A stretch of 64,000 nt of DNA from Gemmatimonadales bacterium (GTDB taxonomy: Bacteria; Gemmatimonadota; Gemmatimonadetes; Gemmatimonadales; GWC2-71-9): positions 32,001 to 96,000 of the forward strand of contig JBDIWC010000004.1 in the NCBI GenBank assembly GCA_039794085.1, read 5' to 3'. Under the pieces are notes generated by a model. It was not told where the DNA came from, did not search any database, and was given only the letters and a program-made list of their open reading frames with translations. Shown here in pieces: positions 45,052 through 55,741 of this stretch (positions are counted from its first letter, which is position 1; the number at the start of each line of letters is the position of its first letter). The translations under genes were made by a program, and so were the position numbers.

Positions 45052-45906
45052 ATGGCTGACACCCCGTCGCGGATCGACCGCGAGGCTCTGGACCGCATCA
45101 TCCGGCGCGCGGCCGAACTCCAAACCTCGGAGCGCGACATTGGAGAAGGATTGACCGAGTCGGAGGTGGTCTCGCTCGGCCAGGATGTGGGAATCCCCTC
45201 GCGCTACCTCCGGCAGGCGATGCTGGAGGAGCGAATGAGCGGACCGTCGGACTCGCGCACCGGGCTCCTCGACCGGATCGTCGGACCCCGGAAGGCGAGC
45301 GCGGAGCGGGTGATCTCCGGGACCCGGGAGGCCGTCGAACGCGCGTTGCTCGGATGGGTGGACGCCAACGAACTGTTGACCGTGCAGCGCCAGCTTCCCG
45401 GACGGATCACCTGGGAGGTGCTGGGAGGTGTGCAGGCGGCGCTCCGCCGCGGCTCGGCGATTTTCCAGCGAAAGGGACCACAGTTCATGCTGCAGAAGGC
45501 CGATCTGCTCGTGGCGACCGTCACCCCGCTGGAGGAGGGCTACTGCCATGTACGCCTCGAGGCGAGTCTCGGACGGGCTCGGGGTGGGGTAATCGGGGGC
45601 GCGGCCGCGGTGGGGAGCATCGCCGCGTCAGGATCGATCGTGCTCTTCACTCTGGGTGCCTTTCCCGTGGTGGCCGCACTGCCGCTGCCCATCGCAGGGG
45701 TGATCATGTGGGCCGTCACGAGAACATGGCCCCCGGTGCATGCCCGGGTGCACCTGGGGCTCGAGAGGGCCCTCGACTTCCTGGAACGAGGCGGAGTCAA
45801 GCCCGCTCACGCCCTGCCTCCCGAGCGGACCGGAGTGCTGGAACAACTTGTCACCGAAGTACGGAAGGCGATCCAATCCGGCTCCGGTTCACGGGGCGCG
45901 ACATGA
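45052..45906 (+). CDS. Hypothetical membrane protein
   Basis: IIRRAAELQ N-terminus, 2 TM segments near the C-terminus. Confidence 0.75.
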   Translation: MADTPSRIDREALDRIIRRAAELQTSERDIGEGLTESEVVSLGQDVGIPSRYLRQAMLEERMSGPSDSRTGLLDRIVGPRKASAERVISGTREAVERALLGWVDANELLTVQRQLPGRITWEVLGGVQAALRRGSAIFQRKGPQFMLQKADLLVATVTPLEEGYCHVRLEASLGRARGGVIGGAAAVGSIAASGSIVLFTLGAFPVVAALPLPIAGVIMWAVTRTWPPVHARVHLGLERALDFLERGGVKPAHALPPERTGVLEQLVTEVRKAIQSGSGSRGAT

Positions 45907-46790
45907 GGAACATTCAGACGGTGGGGGTGATCGGGAGCGGACTCATGGGGGCCGGCATCGGACAGGTGGCCGCCACGGCCGGGTTCGAGACGATCCTGGT
46001 GGACCGGGATCCCGAGGCCCTCGTCCGCGCCCGGAAGGAGGTGTCCCGCTCTCTCGACCGGTTGGTGACAAAGGGGATCGTGTCGCCGGGCCTCCGCGAC
46101 GAGGCGCTGGCCCGGCTGCGCTACGACCCCTCCCTGGACGAGGCGGCCACCTGCCATCTCGTCATCGAGGCGGTTCCCGAGAATCCGGAAATCAAGCACG
46201 CGGTCTTCACCGAACTCGACCGGCTCGCCCCGTCCGAGACCATCTTTGCCACCAATACCTCGAGCCTCACCGTGGCCTCCCTCGCTTCGGGAACCGGCCG
46301 GCCCGACCGGTTTCTCGGTCTGCACTTCTTCAACCCGGTGCCCGTGATGGCGCTCGTGGAGGTGGTGCGCACCGCGGCGGTGCGCGAGGACGTGATTGCC
46401 GCCGGAATGGACTTCGTGCGCCGCCTCGGCAAGGAACCGGTGCTCGCCCGGGATACCGGCGGCTTCATCGTGAACCGTCTCCTGATCCCCTACATGATGG
46501 ATGCCATCCGCGCCCTCGAGTCGGGGCTGGCGACCGTGGCCGACATCGACACCGCCATGCGGCTCGGCGCCGGACATCCCATGGGCCCCTTCACCCTCCT
46601 CGATCTGGTGGGACTCGACACCACGGCCCGGGCCGGAAACGCGCTTCGCGACGAGTTCGGGGACCCCCGGTTCGGTGCCCCGGATCTGCTCCAACGATTG
46701 GTGGCCGCCGGTCACCTGGGGCGCAAGAGCGGACGGGGATTCTATGTGCACGGTGAGGGGGGTCCCCTGCCCGTGACGGAGTTCCCGTGA
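45903..46790 (+). CDS. 3-hydroxybutyryl/3-hydroxyacyl-CoA dehydrogenase
   Basis: GSGLMG, EAVPE, TNTSS, HFFNP, GFIVNR, HPMGP. Confidence 0.95.
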   Translation: MRNIQTVGVIGSGLMGAGIGQVAATAGFETILVDRDPEALVRARKEVSRSLDRLVTKGIVSPGLRDEALARLRYDPSLDEAATCHLVIEAVPENPEIKHAVFTELDRLAPSETIFATNTSSLTVASLASGTGRPDRFLGLHFFNPVPVMALVEVVRTAAVREDVIAAGMDFVRRLGKEPVLARDTGGFIVNRLLIPYMMDAIRALESGLATVADIDTAMRLGAGHPMGPFTLLDLVGLDTTARAGNALRDEFGDPRFGAPDLLQRLVAAGHLGRKSGRGFYVHGEGGPLPVTEFP

Positions 46791-47299
46791 GTTCCGTGAT
46801 TCCGGCCCTCCGCCTGATCCTCCCGGCGCTCGTGGCCCTGCTCGCCGGGTGCCGGGCCAACACCACCCGCCCCTCCTTCACTCCGGTCCCGTCGGCGATG
46901 GAAGCGGAAGTGAGGCTCGGCATCGCCACGGGAACGCAACTGCTCACCGAGGCCCTCCGGGAGGACAGTCTGCCGGTTTCCCGGGTGGAGGAGTTTGACG
47001 GCTACGTCGAAACTCCCTGGTTCTCCCTGCCCGGATACGAGCCCGTCACCGGGCGGCCCGCCGGTCTCGACATGGTCCGGGTGCGCGGGTGGGTCAATCC
47101 GGCGCGTCCCGGCTACGTGCGGCTGGTGGTGGAGGTGGTGTACCGTCCCTGGATCGACCCGGGACGGCCGGGACGAGATCTCGACCGGGCCGTGCCACCC
47201 GATCACCCGGTCCTGATCCGCATCCGGGAGTCGCTCGATCGGCTTCTGGATCTCTACGGCCCCCCCGATCATGTGAGGGGAACGGCGGTTCCGCGATGA
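46787..47299 (+). CDS. Lipoprotein, hypothetical
   Basis: LLAGC lipobox; overlaps both neighbours by 4 nt. Confidence 0.75.
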   Translation: MSSVIPALRLILPALVALLAGCRANTTRPSFTPVPSAMEAEVRLGIATGTQLLTEALREDSLPVSRVEEFDGYVETPWFSLPGYEPVTGRPAGLDMVRVRGWVNPARPGYVRLVVEVVYRPWIDPGRPGRDLDRAVPPDHPVLIRIRESLDRLLDLYGPPDHVRGTAVPR

Positions 47300-48915
47300 C
47301 CCTCGTGCTTTCCCGGCCTCCCGGCCTACGGGACGATTTCCGGGCCCGCGCCGCCTACGCCGAAGGGGCGGGCATCTTTCGCATCCTCCCGGCCCTGGTG
47401 GCGCGTCCCGTCACGATCGACGACCTCGCGACCGTGGTGCGGTGGGCACACGACACAGGGTGCTCCATCACCCCACGGGGTGCGGGCTCCGGGATGGCCG
47501 GGGGCAACGTGGGAGACGGGCTCCTGATCGATCTTACCGCTCTCGAAGGAGCCCCGCTCGCCATCGACGCCGGGAACCACCGCGCCTGGTGCGGCGCGGC
47601 GGTCACCATCGACCAGCTGAACGCCGCCGCGCGCCCCGCCGGACTCCGCATGCCGGTCCGTCCCTCCAGTGGACGATGGGCCACGGCCGGCGGCGTCATC
47701 GCCACCAACGCGGCGGGCGCGATGTCCTATCAAGCGGGCTCGGTACGCTCCTGGGTGGAGGGCCTGAGCGTGATGACCGGGGAGGGAGACGTGACCTCAC
47801 TCCGGCGGGGGATGCCCGCGCCGACGGGGGTGGCCGCCGTCGATCGCCTGGCGGAGATCCTCCCCGACATCACCCGCGCCGCGCACCTCATCCGGGAGCA
47901 CTTTCCCCTCACCCGAAAGAACAGCTCCGGGTATGCCCTCGATGCGTTCCTCGCGAGCGGAGACCTGATCGACCTTCTCATCGGCTCGGAGGGCACCCTG
48001 GCACTGGTCACCGAGGTGACCTGGCGCCTGGAGCCGCTCCCGCGCCACCGCGCCACGGTGCGATTTCTCGTCGGCGCCCTCGAACAGCTCCCCGGCATCC
48101 TCGACCGGATCGATCCGGTGGGCGCCGTGGCGGTGGAACTCCTCGATAGGACATTTCTCGAGTTCGTGGACCCGGCGGAACACTCCCCCGCCGAGGCGAT
48201 CCTGCTGGTGGACGTCGAGGGGGATCCGTCGGATGTGCTGGAACGGCTCGATGTGCTGGAGGGAATCGGACGGGAGACGGGGTGCCCCACGACCCTCGCC
48301 CGCGACGAGGCGGAGGCCGAGCGGCTCTGGGCCATCCGCCATGCGGCGAGTCCCCGGCTCGCGCAGCTCGGCGATACCCGGCGATCGCTCCAGGTGGTCG
48401 AGGATGGTGCCGTTCCCCGGCACCGGCTGGGAGACTATATCGCGGGTCTCCGTGCCATCACCGCGCGGCATCGGGTTCCCGCCGTCATCTTCGGGCATGC
48501 GGGAGACGGGCACCTGCACGTGAACCTGATTCCCGACGTGACCCGCGCGGGATGGGAGGAAGGCGTGCGCCGCGTGTACGACGGCACCATGGATCTGGTT
48601 CTCCAGCTCGGAGGTACTCCCTCCGGGGAGCATGGCGACGGGCGACTGCGCGCCGGACTCCTCGCGCGATGCTACGGTCCCGAGATCCTGGCCCTCTTCC
48701 GCCGGATCAAGGATGCGTTCGATCCCCGGGGCATCCTCAATCCCGGCGTGATCCTGGGAGAGGGGCCTCCGCCCTGGGATCATCTCAAGGTGGACCCGCC
48801 CGGAACAGTGCCGACGGACATCGAAGCGGCGCTCCGGAGCATCGAACGGGACGGGACCTACGACACTCCGCGGTTGCGCCTCGCCGACCGAGGTATGGAT
48901 GGGGGACCTTGCTGA
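47296..48915 (+). CDS. FAD-linked oxidoreductase (GlcD/D-lactate dehydrogenase family)
   Basis: [32 protein letters not shown]. Confidence 0.9.
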   Translation: MTLVLSRPPGLRDDFRARAAYAEGAGIFRILPALVARPVTIDDLATVVRWAHDTGCSITPRGAGSGMAGGNVGDGLLIDLTALEGAPLAIDAGNHRAWCGAAVTIDQLNAAARPAGLRMPVRPSSGRWATAGGVIATNAAGAMSYQAGSVRSWVEGLSVMTGEGDVTSLRRGMPAPTGVAAVDRLAEILPDITRAAHLIREHFPLTRKNSSGYALDAFLASGDLIDLLIGSEGTLALVTEVTWRLEPLPRHRATVRFLVGALEQLPGILDRIDPVGAVAVELLDRTFLEFVDPAEHSPAEAILLVDVEGDPSDVLERLDVLEGIGRETGCPTTLARDEAEAERLWAIRHAASPRLAQLGDTRRSLQVVEDGAVPRHRLGDYIAGLRAITARHRVPAVIFGHAGDGHLHVNLIPDVTRAGWEEGVRRVYDGTMDLVLQLGGTPSGEHGDGRLRAGLLARCYGPEILALFRRIKDAFDPRGILNPGVILGEGPPPWDHLKVDPPGTVPTDIEAALRSIERDGTYDTPRLRLADRGMDGGPC

Positions 48916-49709
48916 TGCGCCCCTATCTCGATCTGCTCCAGCGCCTCCTCGACGAGGGCCGCCCCAAGCCCGATCGGACAGGCACCGGCACCCGGAGTCT
49001 CTTCGGGCACCAGATACGCTTCGACCTGGCCGACGGGTTCCCCCTCGTGACCACCAAGAAGGTGCATCTGAAGAGTGTGATTCATGAACTCCTCTGGTTT
49101 CTGCGGGGTGACACCAACGTCCGGTACCTGCGGGAGAACGGGGTGCGCATCTGGGATGAATGGGCCGATGCCGATGGGGAGCTCGGCCCGGTCTATGGGC
49201 ATCAGTGGCGGTCGTGGGGGGCGCCGGACGGGACCACGATCGATCAGATCGCCGAGGCCTTGCGGCAGATCCGGGAGACCCCCCACTCCCGGCGCATCCT
49301 GGTGAGCGCCTGGAATGTCGCCGACCTCCCGAGGATGGCCCTGGCGCCCTGTCATGCCCTCTTCCAGTTTCACGTGGCGGACGGACGCCTCAGTTGCCAG
49401 CTCTACCAGCGGAGCGCCGATATCTTCCTCGGCGTGCCGTTCAACATCGCCTCCTACGCGTTGCTAACGGCGATGATGGCGCAGGTCACGGGGCTCCAGC
49501 CGGGGGAGTTCATCCACACCTTCGGTGACGTGCACCTCTACGACAACCACGAGGCCCAGGCCCGGCTTCAGCTCACCCGGGATCCCCGGCCGCTCCCCCG
49601 TCTCCAACTCAATCCCGAAGTTCACTCACTCTTCGATTTCCGGTTCGAGGACATCCGGGTCGAGGGATACGATCCCCATCCTGCCATTCCGGCGCCGGTG
49701 GCGGTGTGA
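48915..49709 (+). CDS. thyA: Thymidylate synthase
   Basis: DRTGTGT, ELLWFL, MALAPCH, YQRSAD, GVPFN. Confidence 0.97.
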   Translation: MRPYLDLLQRLLDEGRPKPDRTGTGTRSLFGHQIRFDLADGFPLVTTKKVHLKSVIHELLWFLRGDTNVRYLRENGVRIWDEWADADGELGPVYGHQWRSWGAPDGTTIDQIAEALRQIRETPHSRRILVSAWNVADLPRMALAPCHALFQFHVADGRLSCQLYQRSADIFLGVPFNIASYALLTAMMAQVTGLQPGEFIHTFGDVHLYDNHEAQARLQLTRDPRPLPRLQLNPEVHSLFDFRFEDIRVEGYDPHPAIPAPVAV

Positions 49710-50197
49710 TCGTCTCCCTCATCGCCGCCATGGCGCGCAACGGCGTGATCGGGGTGGACGGGGATCTCCCTTGGCGCCTACCCAAGGACCTCACGTTCTT
49801 CAAGCGGACCACCATGGGGCATCCGGTGATCATGGGCCGGAGAACGTGGAACGAGGTGGGTCGGCCGCTGCCGGGTCGGACCAACGTGGTGCTCACCCGC
49901 GATTCCACCTTCGAGGCGCCGGGAGCCCGGGTGGTTTCGTCGCTCGACGAGGCGGTGGCTCCGTGGCGGGACACGGAGGAGGAGGTGTTCGTGATCGGGG
50001 GAGGGGCGGTCTACCGACTGGCCCTCCCGGTGGCGGACCGGCTCTGGCTCACCCGGATCCACGCCGATGTCGAGGGGGACACGACCTTTCCGGAGTGGTC
50101 CGAATCCGAGTGGCGGCGGGTCTGGTCCGAGGAGCACCCCGCCGATGCCGACCACCCGTGGCCGTTCACCTTCGAACGCTGGGAGAGCGTGGCTTAG
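49706..50197 (+). CDS. folA: Dihydrofolate reductase
   Basis: IG..LPW..D..FFK, MGRRT, LPGR, IGGG, GDTTFP. Confidence 0.96.
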   Translation: MIVSLIAAMARNGVIGVDGDLPWRLPKDLTFFKRTTMGHPVIMGRRTWNEVGRPLPGRTNVVLTRDSTFEAPGARVVSSLDEAVAPWRDTEEEVFVIGGGAVYRLALPVADRLWLTRIHADVEGDTTFPEWSESEWRRVWSEEHPADADHPWPFTFERWESVA

Positions 50198-50654
50198 ACT
50201 TCCTCACGATGCCCGCGATCCGCCGAGCCACGCCATTCGGGTCCGCCTTGACCTCGCTCTCCCACACGCGGACCACCGTCCAGCCGTCACCCCGTAGAGC
50301 TCTCGTCACCTCGGCATCGCGCTCGATGCGGCGGGCGAACTTCGCTTCCCAGTACGGCCGGTTCGGAGACCGGAAGTCACGCCAATACGCCTCGGGTCCT
50401 CGCTCCCGAATGGCTCGGGCATGCCAGAAATCTCCATCAACGAAAACGACGACCCTGGGACCGGGAAACACGATGTCAGGGCGACCCCGCAGCGAGGTGA
50501 CATACTTGCGGAATCGGAGGCCCAGGCGGTGGAGATGGCTCCGAAGGGTGGTTTCGGACTGATTTTCCGTAGAGCGGATGGCGGACATGTTCCGCCGGAT
50601 TTCCTCGGCGGGTTTGGACCGCCAGGGACGAGGCGAAGGGTTGTCCCGGCTCAC
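50166..50654 (-). CDS. vsr: Very short patch repair endonuclease
   Basis: NMSAIRS, GRPDIVF, FVDGDFWH, VWE; GTGA overlap with the methyltransferase. Confidence 0.92.
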   Translation of the reverse strand: MSRDNPSPRPWRSKPAEEIRRNMSAIRSTENQSETTLRSHLHRLGLRFRKYVTSLRGRPDIVFPGPRVVVFVDGDFWHARAIRERGPEAYWRDFRSPNRPYWEAKFARRIERDAEVTRALRGDGWTVVRVWESEVKADPNGVARRIAGIVRKSKPRSPSVRR

Positions 50655-51700
50655 ACCGCGACAACGTCCTCCAGCAGGATCGCGGATTGAGGGCCAGCTG
50701 TCTCGGGGAAGGGGTGCGCTGCCCGGCGCACCAACGCGAGCGCGATCTGCTGGCCCACCGCCTGGGCCACAGGCGGAGGGAAGGCGTTCCCGACCTGCCG
50801 CCACGCCGCAGTCTTCCGCCCCGCAAACTCCCAGCTGTCGGGGAAGCCCTGCACCCGGGCGCCCATCCGGACCGTGAGGCGGGGGAGTCCGTCGACCGGG
50901 AAATCCGCCGGCGGCGGACCATCGGCGATCCCTCGTCCGTCGACCCCAAGCTGCATCCACCCGGCACGCGCTCGTGAAGGGCCGACATCGGGGCCTCCAT
51001 GCTTCCTGGAGCCGCCAACCAGGGTAGGACCCACCCCACTCGCATGCACCGCCCAGGACGAAGCCCCCTTCCATCCTCCGCTCGCCATGAGATCCCTCAA
51101 GGCCTCCCCCACCGTGGGGGGTGAAGGACCCGGTTCCGGCCAGGAGAAGCGGTCAGCGGCGTCGGGCCGGAGCGCCACAAGAACGAATCGGGGACGGAGT
51201 TGGGGAACTCCGTAGTCGCAGGCGTTCAGGATGCGCCAGTCCACCTCGTATCCGAGCCGCGCGATCTGTCCCGCGAGGTGCCTCCGATAGTCGCTGAACC
51301 GGTTCGAAGCCAGTCCCGGCACATTTTCGAGCATGACGGCCCGTGGTTCCGCCTCGGCGATCAGGCGAATCGCCGTGGGGAAGAGATCCCGTTCGTCGTC
51401 ACCCCCGAGTTGTCGCCCGGCGATACTGAACGGGGGGCAGGGGACACCCCCGGCCAGCAGGTCGATTCCGTGAAAATCCCGTCCGGAAAGTGACCGGACA
51501 TCCTGCAACAGGACGTTCCACTCCGGACGGTTCCGGGTCAACGTTTCGCAGGCCGCCGCCTCGATCTCCACGGCCACGGCGTGCGAGAATCCCGCGGCTT
51601 CCAGCCCGAGCGCCTGGCCGCCCGCGCCGGCACAAATCTCCACCGCGCTGAGCGAGGGGGGAGTGTGCAGGCCGGTCGTCGACGAGTCGGGAGATTCCAT
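50651..51700 (-). CDS. DNA (cytosine-5) methyltransferase, NaeI/NgoMIV-like
   Basis: CAGAGG, GVPCPPFS, ENV, QLRPR, QVGNA; TRD GGSRKHGGPDVGP. Confidence 0.93.
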   Translation of the reverse strand: MESPDSSTTGLHTPPSLSAVEICAGAGGQALGLEAAGFSHAVAVEIEAAACETLTRNRPEWNVLLQDVRSLSGRDFHGIDLLAGGVPCPPFSIAGRQLGGDDERDLFPTAIRLIAEAEPRAVMLENVPGLASNRFSDYRRHLAGQIARLGYEVDWRILNACDYGVPQLRPRFVLVALRPDAADRFSWPEPGPSPPTVGEALRDLMASGGWKGASSWAVHASGVGPTLVGGSRKHGGPDVGPSRARAGWMQLGVDGRGIADGPPPADFPVDGLPRLTVRMGARVQGFPDSWEFAGRKTAAWRQVGNAFPPPVAQAVGQQIALALVRRAAHPFPETAGPQSAILLEDVVAV

Positions 51701-51721
51701 CCGGGGAAGGTAGGGGATCCC

Positions 51722-51870
51722 GGATCAAGGATCAATGAACAATGATCAATGAACACCCGTCACCGAACCCTTGGGCCAGCGGAGGAGGACGTTGCCCGTC
51801 CGGCTCGTTGGACATTGATCACTGGTCACTGGTCATTGGTCCTTGGTCCTTGATCATTGGCCATTGTTCT
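51722..51870. repeat. Inverted heptamer arrays (KGAWCAA)n / (YTGRTCM)n
   Basis: 5 units at 51722-51756; 9 complementary units at 51808-51870 abutting the PadR stop. Confidence 0.88.
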
Positions 51871-52216
51871 ACCGTCCGCGGACCCCGCGCGTCGTCCCGT
51901 ACTCCACCCCGCGCTCCACGGCGGCCACGTAGGCGTACCACCGCTGGATCAGGTCGGGCAGGGCCTGCCGCCCGGTCGGGGTGAGGTACCAGAAGCGGGC
52001 CTTTCGCCCGTGCTCCGATCGCCCCCACTCCGACTCGATCCATCCCCGCCGCTCCAGCCGCTGGAGGGCGGGGTAGAGGGTCCCCTCCTCGATCGTGAAG
52101 GCGTGGTCCGTCACGAGACGGATCCACTCGCCGAGTCCCGCGCCATGGGTCGGTTCCCAGCGGAGTCCGCGGAGGATCAGGAGTTCCAGGGTGCCGGGCA
52201 GGAGGTCGAGGGCCAT
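51869..52216 (-). CDS. PadR-family regulator (Acidobacteria-type)
   Basis: LLPGTLELLIL, EEGTLYPALQRLE..GWI...W, KARFWYLT. Confidence 0.92.
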   Translation of the reverse strand: MALDLLPGTLELLILRGLRWEPTHGAGLGEWIRLVTDHAFTIEEGTLYPALQRLERRGWIESEWGRSEHGRKARFWYLTPTGRQALPDLIQRWYAYVAAVERGVEYGTTRGVRGR

Positions 52217-52236
52217 GGCTTCAAGGTAACCTCTCT

Positions 52237-52255
52237 CCCCTAGAGTCACTAGGGG
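52237..52255. promoter_or_regulatory. Candidate PadR operator
   Basis: Perfect inverted repeat CCCCTAG-agtca-CTAGGGG, 20 nt upstream of padR. Confidence 0.7.
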
Positions 52256-52337
52256 TAACGGTGGCGCGGAACGGGACGAGTCCCTAGAATTGGCTCCGGT
52301 GCGTTCGCCGTTCCACCCTGCCCGCCAGGAGATCCCC

Positions 52338-54518
52338 GTGGCCCGTTCCCCGATGTCGTCCGCCGCCCCCTTTTCCGCTGCCCTCCCCCTGCCTTCCCCC
52401 ACGGAACGGGTCGATGAGTTCTACGGCAGCGACGTGTTCAGCCGCCGGGTGATGCGGCAGCGGCTTCCGCGCGAGGTCTACCGAAGCCTCCTCCGGACCA
52501 TCGATCACGGGGAACCCCTCGACCCCCAGGTGGCCGACGTCGTGGCCGCCGCTATGAAGGACTGGGCCATCGAACGGGGAGCCACGCACTTCACCCACTG
52601 GTTCCAGCCGCTCACCGGGCTCACCGCCGAGAAGCACGACTCGCTCGTCTCCTCCGATGGTGCGGGGGGCGTCACCTTCAACTTTTCCGGCAGTGAACTG
52701 GTGCAGGGGGAACCGGATGCATCGAGTTTTCCCTCGGGCGGCCTGCGCGCCACCTTCGAGGCCCGGGGATATACTGCCTGGGATCCGACCAGCCCCGCCT
52801 TCGTGATCCGCGGCGAGAACAACGTCACCCTCTGTATTCCGACCGGGTTCGTCTCGTGGACCGGCCAGGCGCTCGACACCAAGATCCCCCTCCTCCGGTC
52901 GATGGAGGCGCTCTCCCGGCAGGCCATGCGCATTCTCAAGCTCTTCGGTACCGATGCCGGCGTGAGCCGCGTCATCACCACCGTCGGGCCGGAGCAGGAG
53001 TACTTCCTGGTGGACCGGGAGCTCTTCTACCGGCGCCCCGATCTGGTCACCTGCGAGCGGACGCTGTTCGGCGCCCGTCCGCCAAAGGGCCAGCAGCTCG
53101 AAGATCACTACTTCGGGACCATCCCCCCGCGGGTGCTCGCGTTCATGGCCGAAGCGGAGCGGGAACTCTGGCGGCTTGGGGTGCCGGTCAAGACCCGGCA
53201 CAACGAGGTGGCCCCCGGCCAGTATGAGATCGCGCCCCTCTTCGAGGCGAGCCACCTCGCGAGTGACCACCAGATGCTGTTGATGGAGACGCTGAAGCGG
53301 GTGGCGCCCCGGTACGGTCTGTCGGCGATCCTGCACGAAAAGCCCTTTGCCGGCGTCAACGGCTCCGGGAAGCACAATAACTGGGCAATGGCTACCGACA
53401 CCGGGGTCAACCTGCTCGACCCCCAGGACGAGACCCACACCAACATGCAGTTTCTCGTCTTCCTCTGCGCCACGGTCCGTGCGGTGGACCTCCACGCCGA
53501 TCTGCTCCGGGCCGCCATCGCGAGTGCCGGCAACGATCACCGGCTCGGCGCCAATGAGGCCCCACCGGCGATCATCTCCATCTTCCTCGGCAGCATGCTG
53601 AGCGACATCCTGGACCAGGTGGAGAAGGGACTCCCCAACCGGACCCTTCGGGGAGGCACCATCGACCTCGGCGCCCGAACCATGCCGCAGATCCCGCGGC
53701 ACTCGGGGGACCGGAACCGCACCTCGCCCTTTGCCTTCACCGGCAACAAGTTCGAGTTCCGCGCGGTGGGCTCCACGGCCAGCATCGCCTGGCCCAACAC
53801 GGTGCTGAACCTGATCGTCACGGATTCGTTGGATCATGTCGCAACCGAATTGGAGAAGGCCGTTGGCAAGAATCCCACCCCAGCCAAGCTGCATGCGGCT
53901 GTGCTGAAAGTGCTGAAGGGTGTGATCGGAGCCCACAAGCGGGTCATTTTCGACGGAGACAATTACGCCCCGGAATGGCACGCCGAGGCGAAGAAGCGGG
54001 GCCTCCCGCGGTTCGACGAGTCGGTGGAAGCCCTGGCGACGCTGACTTCGCGGAAGAACCTCGACCTCTTCCGGAAATACGGTGTGCTCGACAAGGCCGA
54101 GCTGGAGTCCCGCAGCCACATCGCGCTGGAAAAATACGTCAAGCAGCTCACCATCGAGGCGGAAATGATGGCGACGATGGCCCGGACCCAGATCCTGCCG
54201 GCCGCGCTGGTCCACCAGACTCGCGTGGCGGGTGCGGTGGCCGCCACGAAAGCGGCCGGGGTCGACGCGCCCGAAACCCGGGAGGCACTCGTCCGGTTTG
54301 TCGAGGGCGTCGCGACGCTCCGCGCCCGGACCACCGCCCTGGAGGAGGCGATCACGGTGGAACACCACGGCGACCCCCTGGCCGATGCCCGCCACATCCG
54401 GACCGTGGTGCGTCCCGCCATGGTCGCCGTGCGGGAGATTGCCGACCAGCTGGAAACGGTGGTGGCCGCCGATCTCTGGCCGCTGCCGACCTACCGGGAG
54501 TTGCTGTTGCTCAAATAG
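52338..54518 (+). CDS. glnA: Glutamine synthetase type III
   Basis: [63 protein letters not shown]. Confidence 0.96.
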   Translation: MARSPMSSAAPFSAALPLPSPTERVDEFYGSDVFSRRVMRQRLPREVYRSLLRTIDHGEPLDPQVADVVAAAMKDWAIERGATHFTHWFQPLTGLTAEKHDSLVSSDGAGGVTFNFSGSELVQGEPDASSFPSGGLRATFEARGYTAWDPTSPAFVIRGENNVTLCIPTGFVSWTGQALDTKIPLLRSMEALSRQAMRILKLFGTDAGVSRVITTVGPEQEYFLVDRELFYRRPDLVTCERTLFGARPPKGQQLEDHYFGTIPPRVLAFMAEAERELWRLGVPVKTRHNEVAPGQYEIAPLFEASHLASDHQMLLMETLKRVAPRYGLSAILHEKPFAGVNGSGKHNNWAMATDTGVNLLDPQDETHTNMQFLVFLCATVRAVDLHADLLRAAIASAGNDHRLGANEAPPAIISIFLGSMLSDILDQVEKGLPNRTLRGGTIDLGARTMPQIPRHSGDRNRTSPFAFTGNKFEFRAVGSTASIAWPNTVLNLIVTDSLDHVATELEKAVGKNPTPAKLHAAVLKVLKGVIGAHKRVIFDGDNYAPEWHAEAKKRGLPRFDESVEALATLTSRKNLDLFRKYGVLDKAELESRSHIALEKYVKQLTIEAEMMATMARTQILPAALVHQTRVAGAVAATKAAGVDAPETREALVRFVEGVATLRARTTALEEAITVEHHGDPLADARHIRTVVRPAMVAVREIADQLETVVAADLWPLPTYRELLLLK

Positions 54519-54519
54519 G

Positions 54520-54560
54520 AGGACATAGGACATAGGACGTAGGACATAGGACATAAGACG
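54520..54560 (+). repeat. Heptamer tandem array (AGGACAT)n after the glnA stop
   Basis: aggacat x2, aggacgt, aggacat x2, aagacg. Confidence 0.92.
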
Positions 54561-54590
54561 GTAGGGGCAGTGGGCGCCACCCCCGACGGA

Positions 54591-54620
54591 GTCATCCCGA
54601 GGGCAAGGCCCGAGGGATCT
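54591..54620 (+). repeat. REP-like palindromic element, copy 2
   Basis: GTCATCCCGAGGGCAAGGCCCGAGGGATCT. Confidence 0.85.
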
Positions 54621-54740
54621 GTGGAGGCGACTGGTGTACTTCACGCCGGCTGCGGCCACCCGTGCCCGTCTCTTGACGCAGAGGGAAGCGACGCGGAGAT
54701 TCACCCCGAGCCCCACCGCCCCTTCACCGAGGCTGACATC

Positions 54741-55550
54741 ATGCCATCGACCCGTCTCCCCTTCGTGTGCACCTCGGGATTCCTCCTGCTTGTCGCGGCG
54801 TGCCAGCCGGCTCCCCTCGTCCCGTTCGACCTCGCCCGGGTTCGGATGGTCGACCTCACCCACCCGCTCAACACCTCCACCATCTTCTGGCCCACCTCCC
54901 CGACCCGATTCACGCTCGACACCCTGAGCAACGGAATCAGCCCGGGTGGGTGGTTCTACGCCGCCAACACCTTCGCCTCCCCGGAGCATGGCGGGACCCA
55001 CCTCGACGCGCCACGGCACTTCGCTGACGGTCAGGCGACCACCGACCAGGTGCCGCTGCAGCGACTCGTGGCCCCGGCCGTAGTGCTCGACGTGACCGAC
55101 TCGGCGAATGCCAACCCCGACTACCTTCTCTCCGTAGCCGACATCGAGGCCTTCGAACGGCAACACGGCGCCATTCCCCGCGGAGCCATCGTCCTGCTCC
55201 GCAGCGGATGGAGCACCCGCTGGCCCGACGTCCGTCGCTACCTCGGCGACGACACCCCCGGCGACGCCTCCCGTCTCCATTTCCCCAGCTTCGGTCTCGA
55301 CGCCGCCCGCCTTCTGGTGGAACAACGTCAGGTGGCCGCTCTCGGCGCCGATGTCGCCTCGATCGATTACGGACCCTCCACCGATTTCGCGGTGCACCGG
55401 CTGGCCGCAGCCGCCGGCGTTCCAGGCCTCGAGAACCTCACCCAGCTCGACACCCTGCCTCCCACGGGGGCCCTTGTGATCGCGCTTCCGATCAAGATCG
55501 AAGGGGGATCCGGCGGCCCGGTCCGCGTGATCGCTCTGGTGCCCCGCTAG
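54741..55550 (+). CDS. Cyclase family (kynurenine formamidase-like) lipoprotein
   Basis: LVAAC lipobox; DLTH, EHGGTHLDAPRH, LENL, GSGGPVR. Confidence 0.9.
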   Translation: MPSTRLPFVCTSGFLLLVAACQPAPLVPFDLARVRMVDLTHPLNTSTIFWPTSPTRFTLDTLSNGISPGGWFYAANTFASPEHGGTHLDAPRHFADGQATTDQVPLQRLVAPAVVLDVTDSANANPDYLLSVADIEAFERQHGAIPRGAIVLLRSGWSTRWPDVRRYLGDDTPGDASRLHFPSFGLDAARLLVEQRQVAALGADVASIDYGPSTDFAVHRLAAAAGVPGLENLTQLDTLPPTGALVIALPIKIEGGSGGPVRVIALVPR

Positions 55551-55567
55551 GCGTCCCATACCCGATG

Positions 55568-55671
55568 CGTACTCTACCCGTACCCGTACACGTACTCGAT
55601 CGCAGGTCCTGTCGTGACCACGAAAGATGGCGCCACTTCGTGAACGTGTACGCGTCGGTGTACGGGTACGG
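55568..55671. repeat. Inverted hexamer arrays (TACHCG)n / (CGDGTA)n
   Basis: tacccg tacccg tacacg tactcg (55575-55598) versus cgtgaa cgtgta cgcgtc ggtgta cgggta (55639-55668). Confidence 0.7.
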
Positions 55672-55741
55672 ACCTCACCTCACGACCCCTTCCGGGGCCC
55701 CCCGGGATGAAGATTACGCTCCAACCCCGTAGATTCCCTGC

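Noticed and set aside
48915..51700. thyA-folA-MTase as a prophage or DNA-hypermodification cluster
   Set aside because: Canonical bacterial thyA/folA in a housekeeping operon; MTase-vsr is convergent; no phage genes
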